Assembly: GCF_004010195.1 (NCBI RefSeq)
Contig: NC_057746.1
Span: 30,564,062-30,628,061 of the forward strand
Direction of reading: 5' to 3'
Length of the DNA: 64,000 nucleotides
Source: Chiloscyllium plagiosum
Taxonomy: Eukaryota
The notes under the pieces were generated by a model. The model searched no databases. It was not told the origin of the DNA and saw nothing but the letters and a program-made list of their open reading frames with translations. Of this stretch, positions 49,260 through 60,281 are shown piece by piece. Numbering within the stretch: the first letter of the stretch is position 1; every line of letters begins with the position of its first letter. The position numbers were made by a program, and so were the translations under genes.

Positions 49260-49710
49260 CCTCTTGCATGCAGACACTGAATACCTTCCAGTCCCTACCC
49301 TCACATTGTATGCCATTCAGTTCTCCACCCTCCTGTATGCACACAATACACCATCCAATTTTGTCATCTTTCACATAGACATAATCCTGTCCCATTCCTC
49401 AACCATTGTCTTTCTTGCACTCACTCACTACATCTTCCAATGACCCACACTATCAGACAGACATTGAGAGAGGATGAGGAGTTAGATAGGTTGCAAACAC
49501 AATATACGCCACCCATAACCCCATCCAGCACATCAATCTAATTTCCCACCCTTACATAGATATTACCTCATTCAGCTCTCTGCCCTCACACACTGTACCA
49601 CATCCAATTTCACTTCCTCCTACCAATGGCACTGTACCGCATTCAATTCCCCACATTCAGATAAACACTGCATTGAACCTCCCACCCTCTCACAGAACAT
49701 CCTATTGCAT
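49260..49710. repeat. Degenerate C/A-rich tandem repeat
   Basis: Recurrent ccattcagttctccaccctc..cacac-like unit. Confidence 0.5.
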
Positions 49711-50007
49711 TTCAGGAACATTGTTGGACCTGACCAGAGATAACAATGAAGTGATTGCTTTACTGAGCAGCTCCACTCTGCCTCCCAGTGTGACCCTGTC
49801 AGTGAAAGTCAAACATGGAAACTCACTGAGAAAAGCGTTGAGATTCAAGTTTGGATGATAGCAGAGGAAGGTAATGGGCATGAGGTGGTGATGGAGATCG
49901 GTGATATTCTGGAGATAGGAATAAGCAGAACAGAAGGAAAAATGAAAAAAAAAGTGCACCACGAGACCAGGGAGGGAAAGGGGTCAAACATGTGGCTGAC
50001 TGGCCAA

Positions 50008-51063
50008 TGCCGCTTTTCCGCCCATTGCAGGGGCCAACATTCCCTCATGGAATACAGGGAGAACTAGCCATTTGGATACAGAACTGGCTCAAAGGTAGAA
50101 GACATAGGGTGATGGTGGAGGGTTGTTTTTCAGACTGGAGGCCTGTGACCAATGGAGTGCCACAAGGATCGGTGCTGGGTCCAATACTTTTCAACATTTA
50201 TGTAAATGATTTGGATGTGAGCATAAGAAGTATAGTTAGTGAATTTGCAGATGACACCAAAATTGGAGGTGTAGTGCACAGCAAAGAAGGTTACCTCAGA
50301 TTACAACTGAATCTTGATCAGATGGGCCAATGGGCTGAGAACTGGCAGATGGAGTTTCATTTAGATAAATGCAAGGTGCTGCATTTTGGGAAAGCAAATC
50401 TTAGCAGGACTTATACACTTAATGGTAAGGTCCAAGGGAGTGTTGCAGAACAAAGAGACCTTGGAGTGCAGGTTCATAGCTCCTTGAAAATGGAGTCGCA
50501 GGTAGATAAGATAGTGAAGATTATTTGGTATGCTTTCTGGGAATATTGCGTGCAAGTCTGGTCTCCTTCCTATTGGAAAGATGTTGTGAAACTTGAAAGG
50601 ATTCAGAAAAGATTTACAAAGTTTTGCCAGGGTTGGAGGTTTTGAGCTATAGGGAGAGGTTGCATAGGCTAGAGCTGTTTTTCCTGGAGCGTCGGAGGCT
50701 GAGGGGTGACCGTATAGAGGTTTGTAAAATCATGAGGGACATGGATAGTCTTTTCCCTAGGATTGGGGAGTCCAGAACTAGAGGGCATAGGTTTAGGGTG
50801 AGAGGGGAAAGATATAAAAGAGACCGAAGGGGCAATGTTTTCATGCAGAGGGTGGTACGTACATGGAATAAGCTGCCAGAGGAATTGGTGGAAGCTGGTA
50901 CAATTGCAACATGTCTTCTACCTTTGGATGGGTGTATGAATAGGAAGGGTTTGGAGGGATGTGGGCCAGGTGCTGGCAGGTGGGACTAGTTGGATTGGGA
51001 TATCTGGTCAGCATGGACAAGTTGGTCCAAATGGTCTGTTTCCGTGCTGTACATCTCTATGAC
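50008..51063 (+). mobile_element. CR1/HER1-like 3' fragment
   Basis: ORFs 49992-50645 ([16 protein letters not shown]) and 50624-50989. Confidence 0.92.
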
Positions 51064-51835
51064 TGTTAATTGTAGAACCGATTTCAGTCAGAAGATGGTA
51101 ATAGTGAACTGTAGAAAGTTCAGTGAATTTCATAGCTCAGAATCAGAACCAACAAAGGTTTAAGGCTTTTTCAAACACCAAATACAGTCTTCAAGTTAAA
51201 ACTCGTTTTTGCTAATGCCTGTGCCCTTGGATTAGATATTTCAGAGCACATTTAATTGCATGTTGACCACTTTGCCTGTGCCATATAACACTTCCACCTG
51301 ACAATCAGTCTGAACATAACAGTTACTTTATGCCAGTCTGCCTCTGACCACAAACTCTGAGACCCTACCATTACATTCCGAATCCCACTCAGTTCACAAG
51401 TTCTGTTAACTTAGGAACATCCTTCCCCAAATCACCATGTTGCACGATGACATTAAAAATGAAGTAGAGAGGTGAGGATGTTTGGAGAGCAAAGGTAAGC
51501 GTTAAGTACTTAGACTGTAAAATGCCAGCCATTTTCTAGGTTAACTGGCAGGGATTGTAAGAATCTTCCAGGATGGAATTATATTGCAGAGTATTAAATA
51601 TAATTTACAGAACATTTTTAAGAAAGGCTTTTTGCCTCTTTCTAAGTATTTTTTCAATCTGTCTAAGAAACGTACAGCACTGATCTAGAACAGATGGAAC
51701 TTGAACGTTGGCCTCCTCTCTCAGAGGCATGGACACAATTACTGGACTACAAAAAGTCTCTTCATATCCATGTTGGTACTTATATTGTTTCTGAGACTGC
51801 CCCTTCCTTTTTCTAACCCCATCAAAAATTCTTCT

Positions 51836-54090
51836 CTAAAACAGAAATTTCTAGAGAAACTCAGCCTGTCTGGCAGCATCTGTGGACAGAAAGCAAAGTT
51901 AACTTTTTGGGTTCAGTGACCTTTCTTCAGGATTGATTATGGGCTGGGAAAAGGCTGGTATTTACACTGAGGACAAGGTAGCAGGAGGGGGGAAGGAGTA
52001 AACGATAGATGGAGGTGGACCCCAGAGAGAGACAAAACAGTAGTTAGGCAATCCCTTCCCATGTCCAACCCCCAACAGGATGGTCTCAGGGCTCTCCTCT
52101 TCTTCCTACAAAAAAGGCCTGAACTGTCCCCATCCACCACCAGCCTCCTCCGCTTGGCCAAGTCAGTCTTCACTCTGAACAACTTCGCCTTTAACTGCTC
52201 CCATTTTCTACAGGTCAGAGGGCTGGCTATTGGGTACCTGAATGGGCCCGAGTTAAGCGTGTCTCTTTGTAGGGTAAAGATCCTGTTCCAGTCCTACTCT
52301 GACCCCACCCACAACATTTTCTCAGATACATGGATAATATAATCAATGCTGTTTCACTGTTTGAAAACTTTAACAATTTCACTTCCAATTTCCACCCTGA
52401 CCTTGTCTTCATTTGACCCAATCTTGACTCTTCCCTTCCCTTTCTCAACATCTCTGCTTCCATTTCTGGAGATAGGCTGACCACCTATATCCATTAGTCA
52501 GTTTAATACTGACTCCCACAGTTACCTGGACTATACATCCTCACACCCCATTTTCTATAAAGATTTAATTACATTTCCCAGTTCTGCCTCAGTCATATCT
52601 GTTCAGACGATGCAAGTTTCTACAAGGGAGTGTCTGAAATATCCACCTTCTTCCTCAGCCAAGGAGTCTCTACCACCATGGTTAACAGAGTCCTATCAGA
52701 CCCATCTCCCACACTATGGTCCTCATCCCCTTTCAGCGATAATGTCCCCCAGTTCTTACTTACCAGCCCACCAGCATCCACATTCAAAGGATTATTAGCC
52801 ACCATTTCTGTACATCCAGTGAGATGCCACCACCAGATACATATTCTCCTGCCCTTGGTTCCTCATAGGTCATTTCCTACAGGACATCCTAGGCCACTCT
52901 TCCACTCTCAGTACCTCCCCACAGCACCTTTCCATGCCTGTTTACTTTCTCCCTCCTCACTATCCAAAGCTCCAGGCATACCTTCCAGGTGAAGCAGTGA
53001 TTTAGAGTCATACAACATAGAAACAGATCCTTCAGTCCAAAGGTCCATGCCAAATATAGTCACAAACTAAACTAGTCCCACCTGCCTGCCTCTGGCACAT
53101 TACCCTCCAAACATTTCTTATCCATGTATTTATTCAAATATCTTTTAAATGTTGTAATTGACTCTATACAGTCTACTGTATTCACTGCTCACAATGTGGT
53201 CTCCTCTGTGTTGGGGAGATGAAGTGCAGATTGGGCAACTACTTTGTCGAACATCTACGACAAGACCCTGAGCATCCAGTTGCCTCCCATTTCAACACAC
53301 CACCATCAACATCTCAGTCTCCAATCTGCTGCAATGCTTTAGCAAAGCTCAGTGAAAGCTCAAGGAACATCCCTGCATGGGAACTTTGCAGTCTTCATAT
53401 ACATAGAATCCCTACATTATGGAAATAGGCCATCTAACCTATTGATTCTATCCCACCCAGACCCAGCACCTCACCCAAATTCCATGATCACCATGGTCAA
53501 TCCACCTAAGCTGCACATCATTGGACTGTGGAAGGAAACAGAGAACCTGATGGAAACTCATGCAGACACAGGGAGGATATAAAAACTCCACACAGACAGT
53601 CATTCAAGGCTGGAATGAAATGCAGGCCCATTGGACTGTGAGGCAGTAGAGCTAAGCACTGAGCAACTGTACAGTCCATCAGGACCAAGTTCCATAGGTT
53701 TAGGGCCTGAGCACCTCATTCCATGTCCTTCTCTCAAATGCCCCGATACCAGGCCTTGTTATCACATCGGCAGCTACCCAACCAACCACTGTCTGCTAGT
53801 AATGGTCCTCATTAGCAGCTATTGGTTCTCCCAGGCTGAACATTATTGATTCCTTTGTGTGCCCAATGGTTGTACGGTCTCTCTGGGTTTTATTTCCACC
53901 AATTGTTTACTCATTACCCTCACATCTTCAGCAGATATACCAAATTTTTCTGAGCTACAATCAGTTCTGAAGAAGCCTCATTTGATCTAAAGTTAACTCT
54001 GCTTTCTCTGCACAGATACTGCCAGACCTGCGAAGTTTCTCCAGCAATTTCTGTTTTTGATTTGGGTTTCTAGCATTCACAGTTTTTTGT
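51836..54090 (+). mobile_element. Decayed Penelope-like element (inverted 5' pLTR, RT, GIY-YIG, 3' pLTR) with CR1-tail (about 53000-53160) and SINE (about 53400-53670) insertions
   Basis: LTLNNF..HFLQVRG-like, LPFLNI and C.QCGLLCVGEMKCRLG..F.EHLR remnants; pLTR in opposite orientations at the two ends. Confidence 0.8.
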
Positions 54091-54327
54091 TATTTTTTGT
54101 TTATTAAATTCTTTGACACCTTTCTCCTTCATGCTTAACGGACTTTCTCCTTAAATGCATCAGTGATGTTTGCCCCAATTCGTCTGTGTCAAAGTATTCC
54201 ATATGTTAATAGATCTCTGTGTAAAAATACTTCTTCTCAGTTTCCTGTTCTTGGTGACAATCTTTCATTCTGATTCCTGCTCCCTCATCCCCAAACCCCT
54301 AAAACTGAAAACATTCTGTTTATGGTA

Positions 54328-54945
54328 GTCACGGGTAGACAGTGTAGTGAAGAAGGTGGTTGGTACACTTGCCTTCTTTGGTCAGTGCATTGAGTATAGG
54401 AGTTGTGAGGTAGTGTTGTGGCTGTACAGGGCATTGGTTCGGCAACTTTTGGAATACTGCATTCAAATCTGGTCTCCCTGCTATAGGAAAGATGTTTTGA
54501 AGTTTGAAAGCATTCAGAAAAAGATTTACAAAAATGTTGCCATGATTGCAGGATTTGAGCGATAGGGAAAAGGCTGAATAGGCTGGGGGCATGTTCCCTG
54601 GTGTGTCAGAGGCTGAGGGATGACCTTACAGATGTTTATAAAATGATGAGGGGTATGGATTGGGTGAATAACCAAGGTCTTTTTCTCAAATTAGGGAAGT
54701 CCAAATCTAGCGGCCATAGATTTAAAATGAGAGGGGAAAGGTACAAAAGGGATCTAAAGAGTGTGTAAGGAATGAAGTGCCAGAGGAAGTGGTGGAGGCT
54801 GGTTCAGTTACAGTAGGTCCAAGAATAGGAAGGGTTTACAGGGACATGGGCCAAATGCTAGCAAAGTGGGATTAGTTGAGTTAGCAAGGGCAACTTGGGA
54901 TAAAATAGTCTGCTTCTGTGGTATACATCTCTATTGCTCTATATC
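54328..54945 (+). mobile_element. CR1 3' fragment
   Basis: ORF 54347-54565 (LLEYCIQIWSP). Confidence 0.85.
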
Positions 54946-55624
54946 CAGGCTCCCCATAATTTAGAATAGCCCTCTGTGGTTATCCCATATTTTACTCTTT
55001 TCTCGAGAACCCATCCTATTCTAGTTGCTATCTGATGTCACTCTTCGGGTCACCCAGTCGAAGTCACAGCTAAGTTCAGCTGTGTTGTTTTAGAGCCAAT
55101 ACTTTCAGAAGAAGAGCTGAGCTGAGGTTGAGGAGCGTCCACAATGAACGCCACTTTCTACCCTGTGCTGGTGCTCTGTATGGGGTACAACTCAATTGAC
55201 CAGATGGTGACTTCCCAAGCTGAATTGCGTGCCATTAGCAACTGCAGTGAAATCTCCTTGACTATGCTCAAAGCATTGAGAAATATTGTAAATTGCTGAT
55301 TTTTAAAATTGAAATGCTGATTTCTTTTTACTGTCATCACGATGTAGAAAATCTGACTTCCTCTTTTCCTGGCCCTTCCACCGGGTCCTAACTGACTGGC
55401 CTCACTGGCGAGTTGCTACCAAAGCAAAATATTCTGGTAATATCTGTCAGACCCGTCGGTAATTGTGAAGAAAAAGGCAAGAAATTAATAATTTGTAGGC
55501 TTGTCTTTTCATGAGAATTTATGAGGTCAGTGTTCGTTATATATTTGACGCATCTTTGTTATTTCTATATGTAAATTTCACGATAATCTTACTCACAGCC
55601 CATCTCTGCTGATATGGAAATGAA

Positions 55625-55880
55625 AGTAGACAGGCCAGAGGCTGGAAGAACACAGCAAGCTCGGCAGCATCAGGAGGTGGAGAAGTCGATGTTTCGGGTG
55701 AGCCCTTGTTCAGGATTGGGGATGGGTGTAGTGGAGCTGCAGATAATGGGGATGGCGGGGGCAGGCTGGTAAAGTGGGGATTGGTGGAGACAGGTAGAGG
55801 GTACGACCTGGTTGGTCAATGGGAGGAATGGATCCGGTTGGTGGCTGGGAGCAGTGGAAGGGAGGGGGTGGGGCTCGGGG
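55625..55880 (-). mobile_element. Penelope pLTR fragment
   Basis: gctggaagaacacagc...gatgtttcgggtgagcccttgttcagg; mutated hammerhead core. Confidence 0.65.
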
Positions 55881-56339
55881 AGGATACTGCGTTTCTTATC
55901 TTTCATTGCCTGCTTCCGCTTGTCCAGTCATCTCTCCTGCTGTGTGTTTTATGCATCTGCTGGAATGCCCATTAGTTTTGCTGGAGCACTCCAAACCTCG
56001 GTGTGATTGGTGTTTTTCTTCCCTTGTCCTTGCTGGTTAAGGCTTCGATCTCACTCTGTATCGGGAAACATCAAAAAATGTACTTATTACGGCTGAAAGC
56101 AAATTACTGTGGATGCTGGAATCTGAAACCAAAAGAGAAAATGCTGGAAAATCTCAGCAGGTCTGGCAGCATCTATAAGGAGAGAAAAGAGTCTAACTGA
56201 CCCTTTGACAAAAGGTTTGCTCGAGTTATTTTTAAACGAAGCTAACAACGGAAAATGGGGAAATACGCATGACGAGAAAGTGGGTTGACTTCAGGAGCAG
56301 AGAGCTGTTAGAAGAAAGAATGAGATGATGTTCTGCAAC

Positions 56340-57125
56340 AATTAGTGTTAGGACCCCTGCGTCTCGGCGTTTACATTAACCGACAGGCAGCAAATAATTT
56401 CAAACCACTGCGAAGCGACAAAAAAAACAGGAAGGATTGAGGACTGTAATCCTGGATTTAAAGAGGATAAGGGGATAGTGAATGGGTGGAGACGTGGTCA
56501 ATGAAATTTAATGCACAGAGTGGGTACATTCTCCAGGCGTTGTCAAGGTAACAGTAAAGAGGATTGAGGGGGGAGTACAGTGACTGGGAGGCAGGCGGTA
56601 GGTTGAAGGTGGAGTTAACGTGGAAACATAAATCCTGGGCATGTTCAGTAGAAACATAGCAAGGCGATTCGATGAAATTTTATAAAACTGTTCCAGCCTT
56701 CATCAAAATTTATGTTCAATTCTGGGCAACACGTTTTGAGGAGGATAGGAAAACCTCGGGAGAATGCAGAGAGTATTAAGAATGACCGAATGGTGTGGGA
56801 CTCCGTGCCATGGAGAGATTGGAGAAGCTGGAGTGGTTTTCCCTACAGGGGAGATGGTCGAGGGAATATTTGATTAAAGTGTTCAAAAATCAAAAGAGAT
56901 TCTGACGGAGTAGATAGAGAGAAGCTGTTCCGATTGGGAGAAGGGTCAAAAACCAGAGGACGCTGAATGAAGGCGGTTGTGAACTGGTTCAAGAGCGAAT
57001 TGAAGAAATGTTTCCACTTCAGCGAGTGGCTGGGATCGGGAACGCATTGCCGGAGAGAGTGGTGAAGGCAGATTTAACTGTGGCTTTGGGAAGGGAATTA
57101 GACAAACTGCAGAATAGAAACAGAA
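56340..57125 (+). mobile_element. Highly diverged CR1 fragment
   Basis: Residual motifs (atgaaatttaatgca, gttcaattctgg, gagagattggagaagctgg). Confidence 0.6.
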
Positions 57126-58011
57126 CATAGATACAGAGAGGATGGAAAAGTGAGCATCTTCCGGCCCCCACCCCCACCTTTATGGAACTGACAAGTTGAA
57201 TGGTGTCTCTCTGTGTACTGAACAATTCTGTGCTCAGTGATTCCTCCTGTGTCCGTCTCAGTCTCTGACTGTGATGCTGGATGGGAAACTTGCTCCAGTC
57301 CCTCGCCTCGGGCTGTTCCTTGCTCCAGTAAATTAATCCAAATTCCGGGATGTTTCGCCGTGTTCCTGTGGGGAAATGGCTGCAATTCGTGTGCAATATC
57401 TCTGCTGGCTCACCTCTGAGAAGCATTCTTCTGCAGTATTTTTAAAGGAAAAACGTCATTTCCTGAAGTTCCTGAAGTAGGATATTGCCATGAAATGATT
57501 ACCAGGAACCTCGGTGTCTGGACGATCAAATATCACTGGCACTTGTTTATTTGGCTCCATTTAGAGAGACAAGCGCGAAACATTTCAAACACCTGCTCTC
57601 AACTTTGGATCACATCTTGTTTTCTGCTGTTTACTGAACAACACCGTTCAATTTGTCTTATTTTCACATTTGAATGTATCTGATCGCCATTCAAGTAAAC
57701 CTTGTTAAACATTCATGCAAACATTAAATGTAAACATGTAAGCACGTATTTCTGTGAAAATCCACATAGAAATCGCCTCTAGATTTGATGTCACTTCACA
57801 TGGAGCGATAAAGAGATTGTTTTCATTGGACGAAGATGTGTTTGAGGAGAAGGTGAGGTCTGCAGATGCTGGAGATCAGAGCTGAAAATGTGTTGCTGGA
57901 AAAGCCAGCAGGTCAGGCAGCATCCAGGGAACAGGAGAATCGACGTTTCGGGCATAAGCCCTTCTTATTTGAATGATAACACAATTAATAACAAATTATT
58001 TTCAGCAGAAT

Positions 58012-58895
58012 TAGAGACATAGAGATGTACAGCATGGAAACAGACCCTTTGATCAACCCGTCCAGGCCGACCAGATATCCCAACCCAATCTAGTCCCACT
58101 TGCCAGCACCCGACCCATATCCCTCCAAACCCTTCCTATTCACATACCCATCCAAATGCCTCTTAAATGTTGCAATTGTACCAGCCTCCACCACTTCCTC
58201 TGGCAGCTCATTCCATACACGTACCACCCTCTGCGTGAAAAAGTTGCCCCTTAAGTCTCTTTCATATCTTTCCCCTTTCACCCTAAATCTATGGCCTCTA
58301 GTTCTGGACTCCCCGACCACAGGGGAAAGACTTTGCCTATTTATCCTATCCATGCCCCTCAATTTTGTAAACCTTATAAGGTCACCCCTCAGCCTCCGAT
58401 GCTCCAGGGAAAACAGCCACAGCCTGTTCAGCCTCTCCCTGTAGCTCAAATCCTCCAACCCTGGCAACATCCTTGTAAATCTTTTCTGAACCCTTTCAAG
58501 TTTCACAACATCTTTCCGATAGGAAGGAAACCAGAATTGCAGGCAATACTCCAATAGTGACCTAACCAATGTCCTGTACAGCCACAACATAACCTCCCAA
58601 TTCCTGTACTCAATACTCTGACCAATAAAATAAAGCATACCAAAGCCTTCTTCACTATCCTATCTACCTGCGACTCCATTTTCAAGGAGCTATGAACCTG
58701 CACTCCAAGATCTCTTTGTTCAGCAACATTCCCTCGGACCTTATCATTAAGTGTCTAAGATTTGCTTTCCCAAAGTGCAGCACCTCGCATTTATCTGAAT
58801 TAAACTCCATCTGCCACTTCTCAGCCCATTGGCCCATCTGGTCAAGATCCTGTTGTAATCTGAGGTAACCCTCTTCGCTGTCCACGACATCTCCA
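58012..58895 (-). mobile_element. CR1/HER1-like 3' fragment
   Basis: ORFs 58090-58638 and 58682-58957. Confidence 0.92.
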
Positions 58896-59005
58896 AGTTT
58901 TGATTCAACATTTTGTGTAAAAAAGCGATTTTCTTCCACAGAATGCCGAGATTGCATAGCTATCTTGTTTTAGCTGGTTTATTACTTAGAGTCATAGAGA
59001 TGTAC

Positions 59006-59473
59006 AGGGAAGAGAAAGTGAGGACTGCAGATGTTGGAGATCAGAGTGGAGAGTGTGGTGCTGAAAAAGCAAAAGCCAAACCCTTACCACCCGATGAGTG
59101 GAGGAAGAACGCCTCATTTTCCGCCTCAGGACGCTTCAACCACACAGTATCAATGTGGATTTCACCAGCTTCCTCATTTCCCCTTCCCCCACCTTATCCC
59201 CGAGCCAACCCTCCCAAGTCGACACCGCCCACTTGATCTGTCCATCTTTCTTCCCACCAATCCGCTCCACCCTCCTCTTCAACCTATCCCGTTCCTCCCA
59301 ACTTTGGGGAGATACCTTCCCCCAAACCCCACTCCCCTCCCTGTTATATCTCAGACCGCCCCTCCCCCCTCCCCCCGGCTCATCAGCCTCATTCCTAATG
59401 AAGGGCTTATGTCTGAAAAGCCCATTCTGCTCCTCAATGCTGCCTGACCTGCTGTGCTTCTCCAGCACCACTC
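59006..59473 (+). mobile_element. Short Penelope insertion (inverted pLTR + GIY-YIG C-terminus + pLTR) in a CR1 tail
   Basis: EEERLIFRLRTLQPHSINVDF; 10-bp TSD agagatgtac at 58996-59005 and 59474-59483. Confidence 0.8.
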
Positions 59474-60239
59474 AGAGATGTACCACACCGAAACAGATAT
59501 TTCGGTCCATACCAACCCGTTATCCTAATCTAATCTAGTCCCATTTGCCAGCACTTGGCCGAAATCCCTCTAATTGGCTTGAGTTGATGTTAGTTAGACA
59601 CGTTGTTTGACAAACCCCACACATTATCCCTGTCCATTCACCCAATCTGCCATCGCCATGTAGCAACATGCAGTGGATCCCCATGTCAATTCACCCTGAA
59701 CTCCGAGGAAAAGATGTACTTGAATGAGGAAGATGTACTTGAATGGGCGGTATGGATCCATACACCACTGCTATGACAGAAGTCATTTCGGACTCAAACA
59801 CACTGTTTCCCCAGCTTGCTGAGTTTCATGAGCATTTTCTGTTTTCCAGCATCAGCAGCATTTGGCTTTTCTTGGGGAGCTGGTTAGAATAAATATTAAG
59901 GGGAAACTCACGGGAGATTGAAAAGGATAAGAGGCGCTGGACATTGCATCTCTCTCAACTGCATCTCTCTCACGGCGTTTCACACTCTTTCCCAATCACC
60001 TCTGCTTTTGATGCAGAACTACATGAAGAATAACTGAGATGCTGTTCCTCACACGAGGAAGGTGCCACCAAATCCCATCCACTGGCAATGTCCATCTCCA
60101 GTGTGGATTCAATGATTCCTTGCGGCCCTTGTTTATTTCTCATCACTCTCCGCCTCTCAGAACGAGCTGCCGAACAGCAACAAGTGACAATTCCTTAGGA
60201 TTGCAGTGACCGCCCTACGTTCAGCAGCGCAGGAGAATT

Positions 60240-60269
60240 GAAACTGAAAGCGGTTTGAATCAGGAAGTG
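60240..60269 (+). promoter_or_regulatory. ISRE-like and ETS-like sites upstream of the TRIM pseudogene
   Basis: GAAACTGAAAG 60240-60250 and CAGGAAGTG 60261-60269, immediately before the decayed start codon. Confidence 0.5.
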
Positions 60270-60281
60270 CTGACTGAGAAC

